A program made the position numbers and the translations under genes. Below the pieces are notes generated by a model that worked only from the letters and a program-made list of their open reading frames with translations, was not told the DNA's origin and did not search any database. Of a DNA stretch of 64,000 nt, positions 43,041 to 53,037 are shown in pieces. Numbering within the stretch: the first letter of the stretch is position 1; every line of letters begins with the position of its first letter. The DNA is from Oceanispirochaeta sp. (GTDB lineage: Bacteria > Spirochaetota > Spirochaetia > DSM-2461), in contig CAXXOA010000001.1 in the NCBI GenBank assembly GCA_963666275.2, positions 960,001 through 1,024,000 on the forward strand. The letters are read 5' to 3'.

Positions 43041-44060
43041 ATGAAAAAGATTTTAACACTTGTCATGGTTCTGGCTGCACTGACAGCCACCGGGTGCAGC
43101 AAGAAGACCGATGAAGCCGCAGGGTCTGAAAAGAAAAAACCTGTTGAAATTATCTTCTCTTCTGTTTCCGTATCAGGAGACTCTCACACAGAAGCCATGT
43201 ATGTTTTTGCCGATAAAGTGGCGGAGCTGACAGACGGCAGCGTGGAAGTCAAGGTATATGATAATGGAACTCTCTTCACAGCAGAGAACGAGTTTGATGC
43301 GCTGATCAGCGGTGAAACAGATATGGCCTATATCTCCTTTCCCCAGATCGCCACACAGATTCCCTCTTTCAGCATGTTCGGTTCCGGCTACTTCTTCAGC
43401 TCCTACGACCATATGACTTCCGTTCTAAACGGAGAAATCGCCGCTGAGAGCATCTGGCCCCAGGTCAGAAGCACTCTGAATGTGGAACCCCTGGGAAGCC
43501 TTTATCTGGGAAGCCGGGTGGTGAACACAAGAAATAAAGAGGTGAACAGCTATGCCGACATGGACGGTCTTCTTATGAGAATGCCCAACTCCGAAGCATG
43601 GCTCTTCCTGGGAGAAGCTCTGGGAGCCAATCCCACACCTCTGTCATTCAGCGAACTGTATACGGCTCTTCAGACCGGTGCTGTGGACGGACAGGACAAT
43701 CCCCTGCCCACAATCGAGAGCGCCAAGTTTTATGAAGTTACCAAATACATTGCCATTACCAACCACGTGATCGATTCGATCATGCCCTGTGTGAATCTGG
43801 ATAAATGGAACTCTCTGACCGCTGATCAGCAGGCTGCCGTTAAGGAAGCCATGACTTTTGCCATCGAGTTTAACGACAATGCCAGGATCGAAAACGAAAA
43901 GAGCAAGGTTGCCTTTTTCGAAGGCGAAGGCCTGACAGTTACCTATCCGGATATTGCCGATTTCCGGGATCATGTTCAGGCTGCCTATGCGGCCAACACA
44001 GAGATGACATCCTCCTGGGATATGGATCTCTACGAAAAAGTCCAGAGCATGGCAAAATAA
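43041..44060 (+). CDS. dctP: TRAP transporter substrate-binding lipoprotein
   Basis: Lipobox ATGC; GLLMRMP, ELYTALQTGAVDGQDNP, KFYEV. Confidence 0.92.
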   Translation: MKKILTLVMVLAALTATGCSKKTDEAAGSEKKKPVEIIFSSVSVSGDSHTEAMYVFADKVAELTDGSVEVKVYDNGTLFTAENEFDALISGETDMAYISFPQIATQIPSFSMFGSGYFFSSYDHMTSVLNGEIAAESIWPQVRSTLNVEPLGSLYLGSRVVNTRNKEVNSYADMDGLLMRMPNSEAWLFLGEALGANPTPLSFSELYTALQTGAVDGQDNPLPTIESAKFYEVTKYIAITNHVIDSIMPCVNLDKWNSLTADQQAAVKEAMTFAIEFNDNARIENEKSKVAFFEGEGLTVTYPDIADFRDHVQAAYAANTEMTSSWDMDLYEKVQSMAK

Positions 44061-44089
44061 CAGGCAACTATAAATCCTGAAATCCAATC

Positions 44090-44129
44090 ATCGTTCCCGG
44101 AATGGACAGCTGTTCCTTCCGGGAACGAT
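44090..44129 (+). other. Intercistronic stem-loop after dctP
   Basis: ATCGTTCCCGGAA ... TTCCGGGAACGAT, 13-bp perfect inverted repeat. Confidence 0.7.
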
Positions 44130-44158
44130 TTCGGTCTTTACAGAGCGGGAAAGAAGGA

Positions 44159-44683
44159 ATGGGAAGAGGTAGGAAATCATTGAATCATTTAAGAAAAATC
44201 GGAAAAGCCGCCGTGTATATCCTGGGAACCGTGATTCCCAATATTACATTTACAGTCATCTTTGTGACTTTCATGGTGACAATTGTCTCCCGGTATGTAC
44301 TGAAAACACCGGTGGCCTGGAGTTATGAGGTCAGTATCCTGGCCTATATGTGGACCATGTTCTTCGGTGTGGGAAGAGCCCTGACGGCGGACGAGCATGT
44401 GGTATTCGGTCTTGTCTATGACAGTGTGAGGCCCGGAGTCAGGCGGATATTCAGGATTGCAGTGAATCTGCTGCTCATCATACTGCTGGTTGTGGTTTTT
44501 GTTCCCTCCATCCATTCCCTCATGTCCAAAAGGATGGTCACGGGGGTTCTTAAGCTGCCATTTTCCGTGGTTTTTGCCCCCCTTATCTACATGTTCGGTG
44601 AAATCATTGTCCGCAGTATTATCGAACTGAGGAAGAATATCCTCCATTTAATAAACAAAACCGATGTGGAAGAGGTCCGCTGA
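44159..44683 (+). CDS. dctQ: TRAP transporter small permease (start uncertain; TTG 44180 possible)
   Basis: SRYV...WSYEV...W..F.G...EHV; 4 TM segments. Confidence 0.88.
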   Translation: MGRGRKSLNHLRKIGKAAVYILGTVIPNITFTVIFVTFMVTIVSRYVLKTPVAWSYEVSILAYMWTMFFGVGRALTADEHVVFGLVYDSVRPGVRRIFRIAVNLLLIILLVVVFVPSIHSLMSKRMVTGVLKLPFSVVFAPLIYMFGEIIVRSIIELRKNILHLINKTDVEEVR

Positions 44684-45963
44684 TGAATATCGTATTAATC
44701 CTTTTTGCCTTTCTGGCTCTCTGTTTTATCATCCGAATGCCCGTGGCTCTGTCCATGCTGAGTGCTTCTGTCGCCTATTTTATAATCAGCGGCAGAAGCC
44801 TTGAGCAGGTTTTTACAGTTATGAGCGGGAATATGTACTCCAATTACACCATGCTGGCGGCGCCCCTTTTTATCTTCATGGCCAATATCATGAACGAAGG
44901 AGAGGTGACGGATAAGCTCTTCAAATTCTGCAACGGTCTGTTCGGAAGGCTCCGGGGCGGAACCGCCCAGGTTAATGTGGCGGCGTCTCTTATCTTTTCC
45001 GGCATGACCGGTTCGGCCATTGCCGATGCTTCGGGTATCGGTCTGATGGAGATCGAACAGATGAAGAAAGAGGGCTATGACGGGGAGTTCAGCTGCGCCC
45101 TTACAGCGGCTTCCGCCACAGTGGGACCCATCTTTCCCCCCAGTATTCCCATGGTTATCTATGCCATGCTGTCGGGGGCTTCCATCGGAAAGCTCTTTAT
45201 GGGCGGTATGATTCCCGGTCTGATCCTCTCCCTCCTGCTCATGGTCTATGTGGGCATCCTTTCGGCCAAACGAAAGTATCCCCGGGGAGAACTGATGGCT
45301 GTCCGGCAGTTCATCCGTGTTACCATCGCGGCATTTCCCGCCCTTTTTACGGTAGTGCTCCTTCTGGGCGGTATCTATCTGGGGGTTGTGACTCCCACCG
45401 AAGCGGGGGCTCTGGCTTCGGCCTATGCCATCATCATATCCATTCTGGTGTACAAAAATCTGGGAATGGAAAAACTCTGGAGAATTATCAGAAAAAGCGC
45501 TGCCAATACAGCCACCCTGGCTCTTCTGGCGGGAACATCCATGCTGTTCTCCTATATTATCTCTCTGGAACAGGTTCCCCGGGCGGTTTCCACACTGGTT
45601 ATGGGGATTACCGAAAACAAGTACCTCTTCCTCATGGTTGTGAATGTGGTGTTCCTCCTTCTGGGATGTGTGCTGGATGTGAGTACCATACAGCTAGTTT
45701 TTGTTCCCATGGTGCTGCCACTGGTAAACGCCTTCGGTATCGATCTTGTCCACTTCGGCGTGGTCATCTGTTTGAACATGATGATCGGCCTTTCAACACC
45801 TCCCTTCGGCATGCTCCTCTTTATTGTCTCCGGACTGGGACGGGCCAGGATAAGCGGTGTTATCAGGGAGATCATTCCCATGATCCTTGTGATGATCGGA
45901 CTTCTGCTGCTGATTACCTATGTGCCCCAGATTGTCATGTGGATTCCCGACAACTTTATGTAG
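44683..45963 (+). CDS. dctM: TRAP transporter large permease
   Basis: APLFI, GSAIADA, PPSIPM, TPTEA, TPPFG. Confidence 0.94.
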   Translation: MNIVLILFAFLALCFIIRMPVALSMLSASVAYFIISGRSLEQVFTVMSGNMYSNYTMLAAPLFIFMANIMNEGEVTDKLFKFCNGLFGRLRGGTAQVNVAASLIFSGMTGSAIADASGIGLMEIEQMKKEGYDGEFSCALTAASATVGPIFPPSIPMVIYAMLSGASIGKLFMGGMIPGLILSLLLMVYVGILSAKRKYPRGELMAVRQFIRVTIAAFPALFTVVLLLGGIYLGVVTPTEAGALASAYAIIISILVYKNLGMEKLWRIIRKSAANTATLALLAGTSMLFSYIISLEQVPRAVSTLVMGITENKYLFLMVVNVVFLLLGCVLDVSTIQLVFVPMVLPLVNAFGIDLVHFGVVICLNMMIGLSTPPFGMLLFIVSGLGRARISGVIREIIPMILVMIGLLLLITYVPQIVMWIPDNFM

Positions 45964-45977
45964 GGTGATGGAAAGCA

Positions 45978-48900
45978 ATGGCAGACAATCATACTCAGCT
46001 CTTTAAGCTTCTATCGGATCCTCCGGTTCCCTACAGGTCCGCTCCGTTCTGGGCCTGGAACGATACCCTGGATCCGGAAGAACTGAATCGTCAGATTCAG
46101 GAAATGGCCGGCCAGGGAATCGGCGGTTTTTTCATCCACTCCCGGGAGGGTCTGGAAACAGAATACCTGGGAGAGCGCTGGATGGAATGCGTGGGCTCCG
46201 CTGTTGACGAGGCACGGCGGCAGGGCATGGAAGCCTGGATCTACGATGAGGACAAGTGGCCTTCCGGCAGTGCCGGGGGACTTGTGAGCGCTTCGGATGC
46301 TCCGGCATTTACGGCAAAAGGACTGACGGCGCAGCTTCTGGAGGACTGTTCCCGGGACAGCCTGGAAAGGGTCTTCTCCGAGAGCGGCCTTCTGGGGGTC
46401 TATGCCCTTCAGTTCCGGCCCGGCCCGGCCTCTTCTGAATTGTCAGGATTCCGGCGGATCCTGTCTCCGGAGGAGTTCGAAAACAGTGAGGAGACGCCTC
46501 CGGTCTGTCTTGTCTGCCGGATGGAAACTTCCGGTCCCAGCGAATGGTACAACAACCTGGCGCCCACGGACTCTCTCAATCCAGAGGGAATCCGGAAGTT
46601 TCTGGCCCTGACCCATGAAGAGTATGAATCCCGGTTCGGCAGCGATTTCGGGAAGACCATACGGGGATTCTTTACGGATGAACCGAATTTCTGCGACTTC
46701 TTTTCCCACTTCACACCGGGACGTCCCTGGCTGCCCTGGTCGGCGGGACTGGCCGAGGTGTTTGCACGGGACCGGTCCTGTGATCCTGCTGAGATTCTGC
46801 CTCTGCTGTTTTTTCACGGCCCCGGAGAAGAGAAGGCCAGGTATGACTACTGGCTGACCCTGACAGAGCAGTTTTCCGCTGCCTATATGAAGCAGATCTC
46901 CCTCTGGTGCGAACAGAGGGGTCTGGAACTGACAGGACATGTGCTCTATGAGAACGATCTGGGGTATTCCGTGAGAGTTTCCGGGGCCGCCATGCCCCAT
47001 TACAGGCATATGCATGCCCCGGGGATCGACCTGCTGGGAGATCAGAGGCAGGAGTATCTGACAGTCAAACAGTGCACAAGCGTGGCCAATCAGTTTGACA
47101 GGAAAATGGTTATAACCGAAACATACGGCTGCACCGGATGGGACTTTTCCTTTGCAGGCCAGAAGCGGCTGGGAGACTGGCAGTTTGTGATGGGAGTGAA
47201 CAGGCGCTGCCAGCATCTGGCTCTCTACTCCTTTACGGGATGCCGGAAAAGGGATTATCCCCCCTCCTTCAACTATCACAACGGCTGGTGGGAGTATAAC
47301 CGGGGCCTGGAAGAGTACTTTGCCCGGCTTTCTGTCTGTGTGACAGAGGGGCAGGTGCACAGGGATATCCTTGTGATTCATCCCATGAGCTCCTTCTGGA
47401 TGAAATCCGGTTCCGCCATGGATGAGGACCTGGGCCGGGTGGAGATGAATATGGGATGGCTGGACGACCATATCCTCTCTCTCAACAAAGAGGGAGACCG
47501 GTACAATAAACTGGCCGAGATGCTTCTGAGGTCCCATTTTGATTTTGATTTCGGCGATGAGCTCATTATGCGGGATGAGGGAAACTGTGAGGAGGGCGTC
47601 CTTTCCATCGGTTCCGGGAGGTATAAAACCGTTGTGGTTCCCGGTGTGGACAACCTCATGTCCTCTACGTTGGACCTGCTGGAATCCTTTCTGGAATCGG
47701 GAGGCTCTCTCCTCTGGGTGGGAGCTCCCGCTTCTTATGTGGACGGTTCCCCCTCGAAGCGGAGCGACTCTCTGTCCCTGTATCCGGGATTCCGTGTGGC
47801 GGGAGATTACAGGGAGCTCCTTTCTCTTCTGGAGTCATCGGTAAACCGGGCTGTGAGTCTCTATGATGATCCGGGAAACGAACTGAAAGGCTTCCTTTCC
47901 ATGTCCCGTTCCCAGGGAAAGACGGAAATCCTCACCCTGGTCAACACGGAAGACCGGGAACAGCAGGTGGTGATCCATTTCGGGAAAAGGGGGAGACTTT
48001 TCAGCTATGATCCCCTGAGGGATATCAGAAGGGAGGAAGCCGCAGTCCTGAGGGAAGGCGATCCGGGAATGACTCTTTCTACTGTTTTTACGGCAGAAGA
48101 GAGCCGAGTCTTTTTTATTCTGACCGATGAAGCTCCTATGGAGACCCGGCGGGAACCCTTCTACAGGCATCCCCACAGGATAGAAAAACTGGCCCTGAGC
48201 TTTCCCCTTTCCGCAGAGTATGACCTGACAGCAGAAAATGTTCTGACCCTTGATACCTGCCGGTTTAGGCGGGATCAGGGCCCCTGGAGTGATATCTGTT
48301 CGGTCTGGCAGGGGCAGAAGGCCCTGCGGCAGGATCTCGGCATGCCCCAGGTTTACTATAACGGGGCTCCCCAGCGCTACAGCTGGCTCTCCCCGGAAGA
48401 GGAGAGGACTTTATATCCCCTGACTCTGGAGTTTGAGTTTACAGTGGAATATATCCCGGAAGGTCCTGTGTATGCGGCCATAGAAAAATCCCGGGAATTC
48501 AGGGTGTTCTGCAACGATCTTCCCTGTGAGCTGACAGAAGAGACCTTTCTGGACAGAGCTCTGAATAAATTCAGCCTTCCCCGGCTGAAGAAAGGGGTGA
48601 ACCGTTTAACAGTTTCTCTGGATTACTGTGACGCCACCGAGCTTGAGGATATCTATATTCTGGGATCTTTCGGAGTCTCTCCCGAAAGGAGCATCACAGA
48701 GCTTCCCGGGAAGCTCAGGGCGGGGGACTGGACTTTTCAGGGGCTTTTTCACTATCCCGGAAACGTCAGGTATCGGTATACCCTGCCGGCCCTCTCCTCC
48801 TCCTGGAGGGGGAAACCGCTCCAGTTGAAGCTGGGTGCCTTCGGGGGAACTCTGGCTGTTATCAGAATCAACAGCGGGCCGCCCCTGTATGGGCTGAAGG

Positions 48901-49136
48901 AGAATTCCTGTCTGGAAATAGGGGACTCTCTCTTTTTCGACAGGGAGAACCGGGTGGAAGTGGAGGTGGTGGGATCCCTGAGAAATATGATGGGACCCTT
49001 TCACAGAAGCTTCACCTCCTGCAGCCGGATCAGCTGGGAGGATTTCCGCACCGAAGGGGTCAGCTTTTTTCCGGAATATCAGGTTGTTCCCATGGGAATC
49101 CTGGGGGAGGTAGCCCTGATCAGCGCGGTGGAATAG
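45978..49136 (+). CDS. Large glycoside hydrolase, GH106 (alpha-L-rhamnosidase)-like
   Basis: APFWAWN, GGFFIHSREGL, IYDEDKWPSG.AGG, FTDEP, PGIDLL, TETYG; no signal peptide. Confidence 0.78.
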   Translation: MADNHTQLFKLLSDPPVPYRSAPFWAWNDTLDPEELNRQIQEMAGQGIGGFFIHSREGLETEYLGERWMECVGSAVDEARRQGMEAWIYDEDKWPSGSAGGLVSASDAPAFTAKGLTAQLLEDCSRDSLERVFSESGLLGVYALQFRPGPASSELSGFRRILSPEEFENSEETPPVCLVCRMETSGPSEWYNNLAPTDSLNPEGIRKFLALTHEEYESRFGSDFGKTIRGFFTDEPNFCDFFSHFTPGRPWLPWSAGLAEVFARDRSCDPAEILPLLFFHGPGEEKARYDYWLTLTEQFSAAYMKQISLWCEQRGLELTGHVLYENDLGYSVRVSGAAMPHYRHMHAPGIDLLGDQRQEYLTVKQCTSVANQFDRKMVITETYGCTGWDFSFAGQKRLGDWQFVMGVNRRCQHLALYSFTGCRKRDYPPSFNYHNGWWEYNRGLEEYFARLSVCVTEGQVHRDILVIHPMSSFWMKSGSAMDEDLGRVEMNMGWLDDHILSLNKEGDRYNKLAEMLLRSHFDFDFGDELIMRDEGNCEEGVLSIGSGRYKTVVVPGVDNLMSSTLDLLESFLESGGSLLWVGAPASYVDGSPSKRSDSLSLYPGFRVAGDYRELLSLLESSVNRAVSLYDDPGNELKGFLSMSRSQGKTEILTLVNTEDREQQVVIHFGKRGRLFSYDPLRDIRREEAAVLREGDPGMTLSTVFTAEESRVFFILTDEAPMETRREPFYRHPHRIEKLALSFPLSAEYDLTAENVLTLDTCRFRRDQGPWSDICSVWQGQKALRQDLGMPQVYYNGAPQRYSWLSPEEERTLYPLTLEFEFTVEYIPEGPVYAAIEKSREFRVFCNDLPCELTEETFLDRALNKFSLPRLKKGVNRLTVSLDYCDATELEDIYILGSFGVSPERSITELPGKLRAGDWTFQGLFHYPGNVRYRYTLPALSSSWRGKPLQLKLGAFGGTLAVIRINSGPPLYGLKENSCLEIGDSLFFDRENRVEVEVVGSLRNMMGPFHRSFTSCSRISWEDFRTEGVSFFPEYQVVPMGILGEVALISAVE

Positions 49137-49296
49137 GAAGAATACCCGGAGATTCCCCTTTTATGACGGGATTCTCTCTGTCTCCGGTTGTTCCCCCGGG
49201 ATGTTTTTAATAGTATGTATTCTAGGAAGGAGAAGTCCCGGTTTTTTCCGGGACTTCCTCATTTATCAGGTTTTTCACAATCAAAGGAGTACAGCC

Positions 49297-49827
49297 ATGG
49301 GAGAATTCCTATTAATCGCCCTGCTCATTCTGGTCCTCCGGATCGGACAGGATACCCTGTTCCTGGCGAAAATAGATGCTTTCAACAGAAACAACAGATA
49401 CTATGCCAGCGGTATCAACTTTCTGGAAGCCATGTACGGCATTACAGTCATAAAGATCATACTGGATCTGATGCAGAGAAATCTCTCCTATATTGTTATC
49501 TACGGTACGGGATCCATACTGGGAGGTCTTCTCAGCGGGTACATTAAAAACAGACTGGACAGGCGTCTTATAGGTCAGAGGCAGTACTATGCCAGGATCT
49601 CTCTGGAAGATGAAATTGACAGAACCGAACTTCTGGATCTGCTTGTGAAAGAGCAATTTGACTTTACAGTCTCCCGCAGGGAGTACATCAATGGAAAAAC
49701 CAAACTCATTGTGGAGGGGTCCATTGAAAACCGCTCCCGCATGCTAGTACTGAAAGAGATACTCCGGGGCCGCCCCGGCAAGCATGTCACCTTCCTCAGG
49801 GCCGATGAAGTCTATCTTCTGAAATGA
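49297..49827 (+). CDS. DUF5698/DUF2179-like membrane protein
   Basis: AAGGAG RBS; three N-terminal TM helices (FLEAMYG, YGTGSILG) plus soluble ferredoxin-like tail. Confidence 0.6.
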   Translation: MGEFLLIALLILVLRIGQDTLFLAKIDAFNRNNRYYASGINFLEAMYGITVIKIILDLMQRNLSYIVIYGTGSILGGLLSGYIKNRLDRRLIGQRQYYARISLEDEIDRTELLDLLVKEQFDFTVSRREYINGKTKLIVEGSIENRSRMLVLKEILRGRPGKHVTFLRADEVYLLK

Positions 49828-49930
49828 CCCTCCTGTACAGGCCGTTACTTTCCCGGCCCGCCCGGATTTGCTTTACATATGTCCGGACCCTCGATATGAG
49901 GGAATCAATTGCATCTGCAGGGGGGAGACT

Positions 49931-50854
49931 ATGAAGGGGATGGCGCTCTCGCAAAGATTCTACCGGGAATGGGGCGAGCCAATGATAGAGCAGCTATTTT
50001 CCGGGGAGAGGGAACATCTCGCCGCCGGTTTAGTGGGCGAGGGATCTATCTGTTTCGGCTATGATGATGAGATTTCCCGGGACCATGACTGGGGACCCGC
50101 CTTCTGCCTCTGGCTGGACAGGGATACCTACAGCCGGATCGGCAAGGATCTGAGCCGGGCCTACAGAGATCTTCCCGGACAGTTTGAGGGGCATTCCGTT
50201 CTGAGGATGGATGCGCCGCCTCTGCAGAGGGTGGGGGTGTTTGAAATATCCGGCTTTTATCAGAGGTTCACGGGGCTGGATCATCCTCCCCGATCCCATT
50301 CTGAATGGCGGAGGATTCCCGAAACCTATCTGAGCGTCGCCACCAACGGACGGGTCTTTGATGATCCGGCGGGAGACTTCACCCGGTACCGGGACCATCT
50401 TCTGAACTACTATCCCGAAGACATCCGCAGAAAAAAAATTGCCGCCCGGTGCATGTCTGTAGGCCAGGCGGGGCAGTACAACTACGAACGGTCTCTGCGG
50501 AGAGGGGAAACCGTCGCCGCTCAGCTGGCCAGGAGCCGGTTTCTGGAAGCCACGGCCTCTCTGGTTTATCTTCTCAACAGAAAGTACACTCCCTTTTACA
50601 AATGGCTGCACAAAGGCCTCCGGGAGCTTCCTCTCGGGGGAGGGGAGATCGCAGGACTTCTGGAGAGACTCTGCGGTTCCCCCGACAGGAAAGACATTCC
50701 TGTTATCGAGGAAATCTGCTCGATCCTGCTGGGAGAGATGAGATCCCAGTTTCTGACGGATGCTCCCGGAGATTTTCTGTTTACCCACGGACCGGCGGTT
50801 CAGCAGGGCATAGTGGATCCTGCAATCCGCTGTCTTCCCGTTACGGAAGACTAG
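49931..50854 (+). CDS. DUF4037-family protein (pol-beta nucleotidyltransferase-like N-terminus)
   Basis: AAGLVGEGS..FGYDDEISRDHDWGP, ATNGRVFDDP, QAGQYN..R...RG, PFYKW. Confidence 0.8.
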   Translation: MKGMALSQRFYREWGEPMIEQLFSGEREHLAAGLVGEGSICFGYDDEISRDHDWGPAFCLWLDRDTYSRIGKDLSRAYRDLPGQFEGHSVLRMDAPPLQRVGVFEISGFYQRFTGLDHPPRSHSEWRRIPETYLSVATNGRVFDDPAGDFTRYRDHLLNYYPEDIRRKKIAARCMSVGQAGQYNYERSLRRGETVAAQLARSRFLEATASLVYLLNRKYTPFYKWLHKGLRELPLGGGEIAGLLERLCGSPDRKDIPVIEEICSILLGEMRSQFLTDAPGDFLFTHGPAVQQGIVDPAIRCLPVTED

Positions 50855-50892
50855 GGAAGGCCCGGGGGCCGTCTCCGGAAATCCTGATACTT

Positions 50893-51453
50893 TCAGAGCG
50901 CCCGGGAGGAGTGGCTTTCCAGCTCTTCCAGCGACGGATAGCCCGCCAGTTCCGCCATGGCCTCGTATATATCCCGGGCCATGCTTTTTCCTGAATCGAT
51001 ATATCCTTCCAGATCCTGTCTCAGGAGCTGAAGGGTTCTGTCCGAATAGGTCTCCAGTTCGCTGGACAGGTAGTTCCTGAAATCTTCGATGTCTCTGCCC
51101 CGGGACATCAGATGGGGGCAGGATCTTATAATTTCCTCCTGCCATGCCACGGATTGATTGACAATAAAGGGAATGTCAGGACTCCCTGAAAGAGGAGATA
51201 TCTGATCAGCCATACGGGCATATTTCAGGGTCATCAGGTTCACACCCTCCTGCTGGGCCTTCTCCAGATCCTGCAGATAGGATCGGCAGGTTTCCTCTGA
51301 CCATCCGGCGAACTGACTTTTTCTGTGGAGCCGCATGCTTTTCAGGTTGGAACGGCAGGACGGTTCCTCCAGAACAGGCACCTCCAGAAACATTTTCATC
51401 TCAATATCAATGATCCGCTCAATCAGATTGTCTGTGTCCATTTGTGTGTTCAT
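50893..51453 (-). CDS. DUF4125-family protein
   Basis: IEMKMF...CR...RKSQF..WS....SY..DL....NLM..KYARM, F..YL..ELETYS..TL; RBS before ATG 51453. Confidence 0.78.
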   Translation of the reverse strand: MNTQMDTDNLIERIIDIEMKMFLEVPVLEEPSCRSNLKSMRLHRKSQFAGWSEETCRSYLQDLEKAQQEGVNLMTLKYARMADQISPLSGSPDIPFIVNQSVAWQEEIIRSCPHLMSRGRDIEDFRNYLSSELETYSDRTLQLLRQDLEGYIDSGKSMARDIYEAMAELAGYPSLEELESHSSRAL

Positions 51454-51579
51454 AGGCCATGTATCCTCTTCTTTATTAGAGACTATTCTATCACCCTCCT
51501 GCAGAAGTGCAAGGAATTCTAAATTGCCCATCTGAAAATTGTATTTGTCAGAATCGGCCCGGCAGGGGATAATCACAGG

Positions 51580-52521
51580 ATGGAAAAGGAAGATCTGAAA
51601 ACAATTCTGTCAAAGCTGGACGGATTCTACAAAAACGGAAGGAGCGCTGAGGCCGAAGTCTTTCTGCTGGAAAAACTGCAGGAGTTTCAGGATTTTAATG
51701 GCTCTGAAAAAACTCAGGCGGCCATCCTGAGTGAACTGGGGGCTCTTTACAAGGAGCTCAGCCGGTTTGGCGAGTCGGACAGATATTTTACCCGGGCCGG
51801 AGAGCTTATGAAATCCATCACCGGAGAGGTTCATCCGGATTATGCCACACTGATAAATAACCGGGCCGGACTCTACCGTCTTATGGGGCGATATGACGAA
51901 GCTGAGACTCTTTTCAGGAAGACCATCGATCTGTATGCCCGGACGCTGGGAAAGGAGCACTATCTCTACAGCAGCAGTCTTAACAATCTGGGGCTCCTTT
52001 ATCAGGATATGAAAAGGTACGAAGAGGCTGCGGCGCTACACGAGAAAGCCCAGGAAATCATCGCTAGCCAGAAGGAGCACAAGATTGCCTATGCAACAGG
52101 CTTTAATAATCTGGCAGGTGTCTACAGGATGCTGGGCCGTCTGGACGAAGCGGAGGAGCTCATGCTCCGGGGGCTGGAGATGTTCAGAGCCCTCCTGGGG
52201 GATGAGCACAGCCTTGTGGCTTCCGGATTGAATAATCTGGGGTCTCTCTACTATTCGGAGGGCCGTTATGACAAGGCGGAAGAGGCCTTCCTTGCTTCCC
52301 GGGAAATCTGCCTGAAATTATACGGTTCAGAACAGCTTGAGTCTCTTTCGGTCTCCCAGAATCTGGGGCTGGTCTATGAAAAGATGGGAAACTCTCTAAA
52401 GGCCCGGATGTATCTGGAAAAAGCCGCATCAGGAATGGAAAGGATCTATGGAGCGGACCATGCCCGGTATCAGGGAGTTCTTGAGGCCCTGGGCCGTCTT
52501 GAAAAAGAAGAAGAGAACTGA
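51580..52521 (+). CDS. Cytoplasmic TPR protein (42-aa kinesin-light-chain-type repeats)
   Basis: Repeats such as LGKEH..YSSSLNNLGLLY and LGDEH..VASGLNNLGSLY. Confidence 0.9.
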   Translation: MEKEDLKTILSKLDGFYKNGRSAEAEVFLLEKLQEFQDFNGSEKTQAAILSELGALYKELSRFGESDRYFTRAGELMKSITGEVHPDYATLINNRAGLYRLMGRYDEAETLFRKTIDLYARTLGKEHYLYSSSLNNLGLLYQDMKRYEEAAALHEKAQEIIASQKEHKIAYATGFNNLAGVYRMLGRLDEAEELMLRGLEMFRALLGDEHSLVASGLNNLGSLYYSEGRYDKAEEAFLASREICLKLYGSEQLESLSVSQNLGLVYEKMGNSLKARMYLEKAASGMERIYGADHARYQGVLEALGRLEKEEEN

Positions 52522-52538
52522 GGGCAAGGGAAGGAAAT

Positions 52539-52565
52539 AAAAAAAGCCGCTTCCGGAGAAGCGGC
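52539..52565 (-). terminator. Intrinsic terminator
   Basis: GCCGCTTC-tccg-GAAGCGGC then T7 on minus strand. Confidence 0.85.
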
Positions 52566-52596
52566 AGATACATTGTATAAATTATCCTGTTTCTGA

Positions 52597-53037
52597 TCAA
52601 ACAAATGATGTGATAGACTCTATTTTCCGTCTGGAAATCCAGCTGCCGATTCCGTTGCCGTAAAAAGCGGCAAAATCGTTGGCTGCGTCTTCCGGGCTGA
52701 TTTCCGGATCTTTCTCTTTCATGTAGTACCAGTGTGTGGAAAGGGCAAAAAGAAGCTGGCCTTTTGTGTATTTAGAGAAGGCTTTTTTTACTTCCCACCA
52801 GTCAATGACTTTACCCAGAGGGGCATAGACGGTTTCTTTCCACGAGGCGGCGGCCTCATCCCAGTCAATGGCTTTTTCTTTATTCTGATTAATCAGATAT
52901 TTATGGACTTCCACATGATCTACCAGGGCGACCCACTCTTCTTCTTTTGTGAATCCCAGGTTTTCCGAGTCCAGCAGTTTTTTCAATGATTCAATTTTTT
53001 CTTCCAGATTTTCTACTTTATCTTTCAGTTCAGACAT
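52597..53037 (-). CDS. DUF4032-like stand-alone protein
   Basis: GAAGGAG RBS; two internal repeats HKYLINQ...DEAAASW and HWYYMKE...EDAANDF. Confidence 0.65.
   Translation of the reverse strand: MSELKDKVENLEEKIESLKKLLDSENLGFTKEEEWVALVDHVEVHKYLINQNKEKAIDWDEAAASWKETVYAPLGKVIDWWEVKKAFSKYTKGQLLFALSTHWYYMKEKDPEISPEDAANDFAAFYGNGIGSWISRRKIESITSFV

Noticed and set aside
46443..47537. 364-aa minus-strand ORF
   Set aside because: Antisense shadow of the glycoside hydrolase
50030..51145. 371-aa minus-strand ORF
   Set aside because: Antisense to DUF4037 and out of frame with DUF4125; no recognisable features
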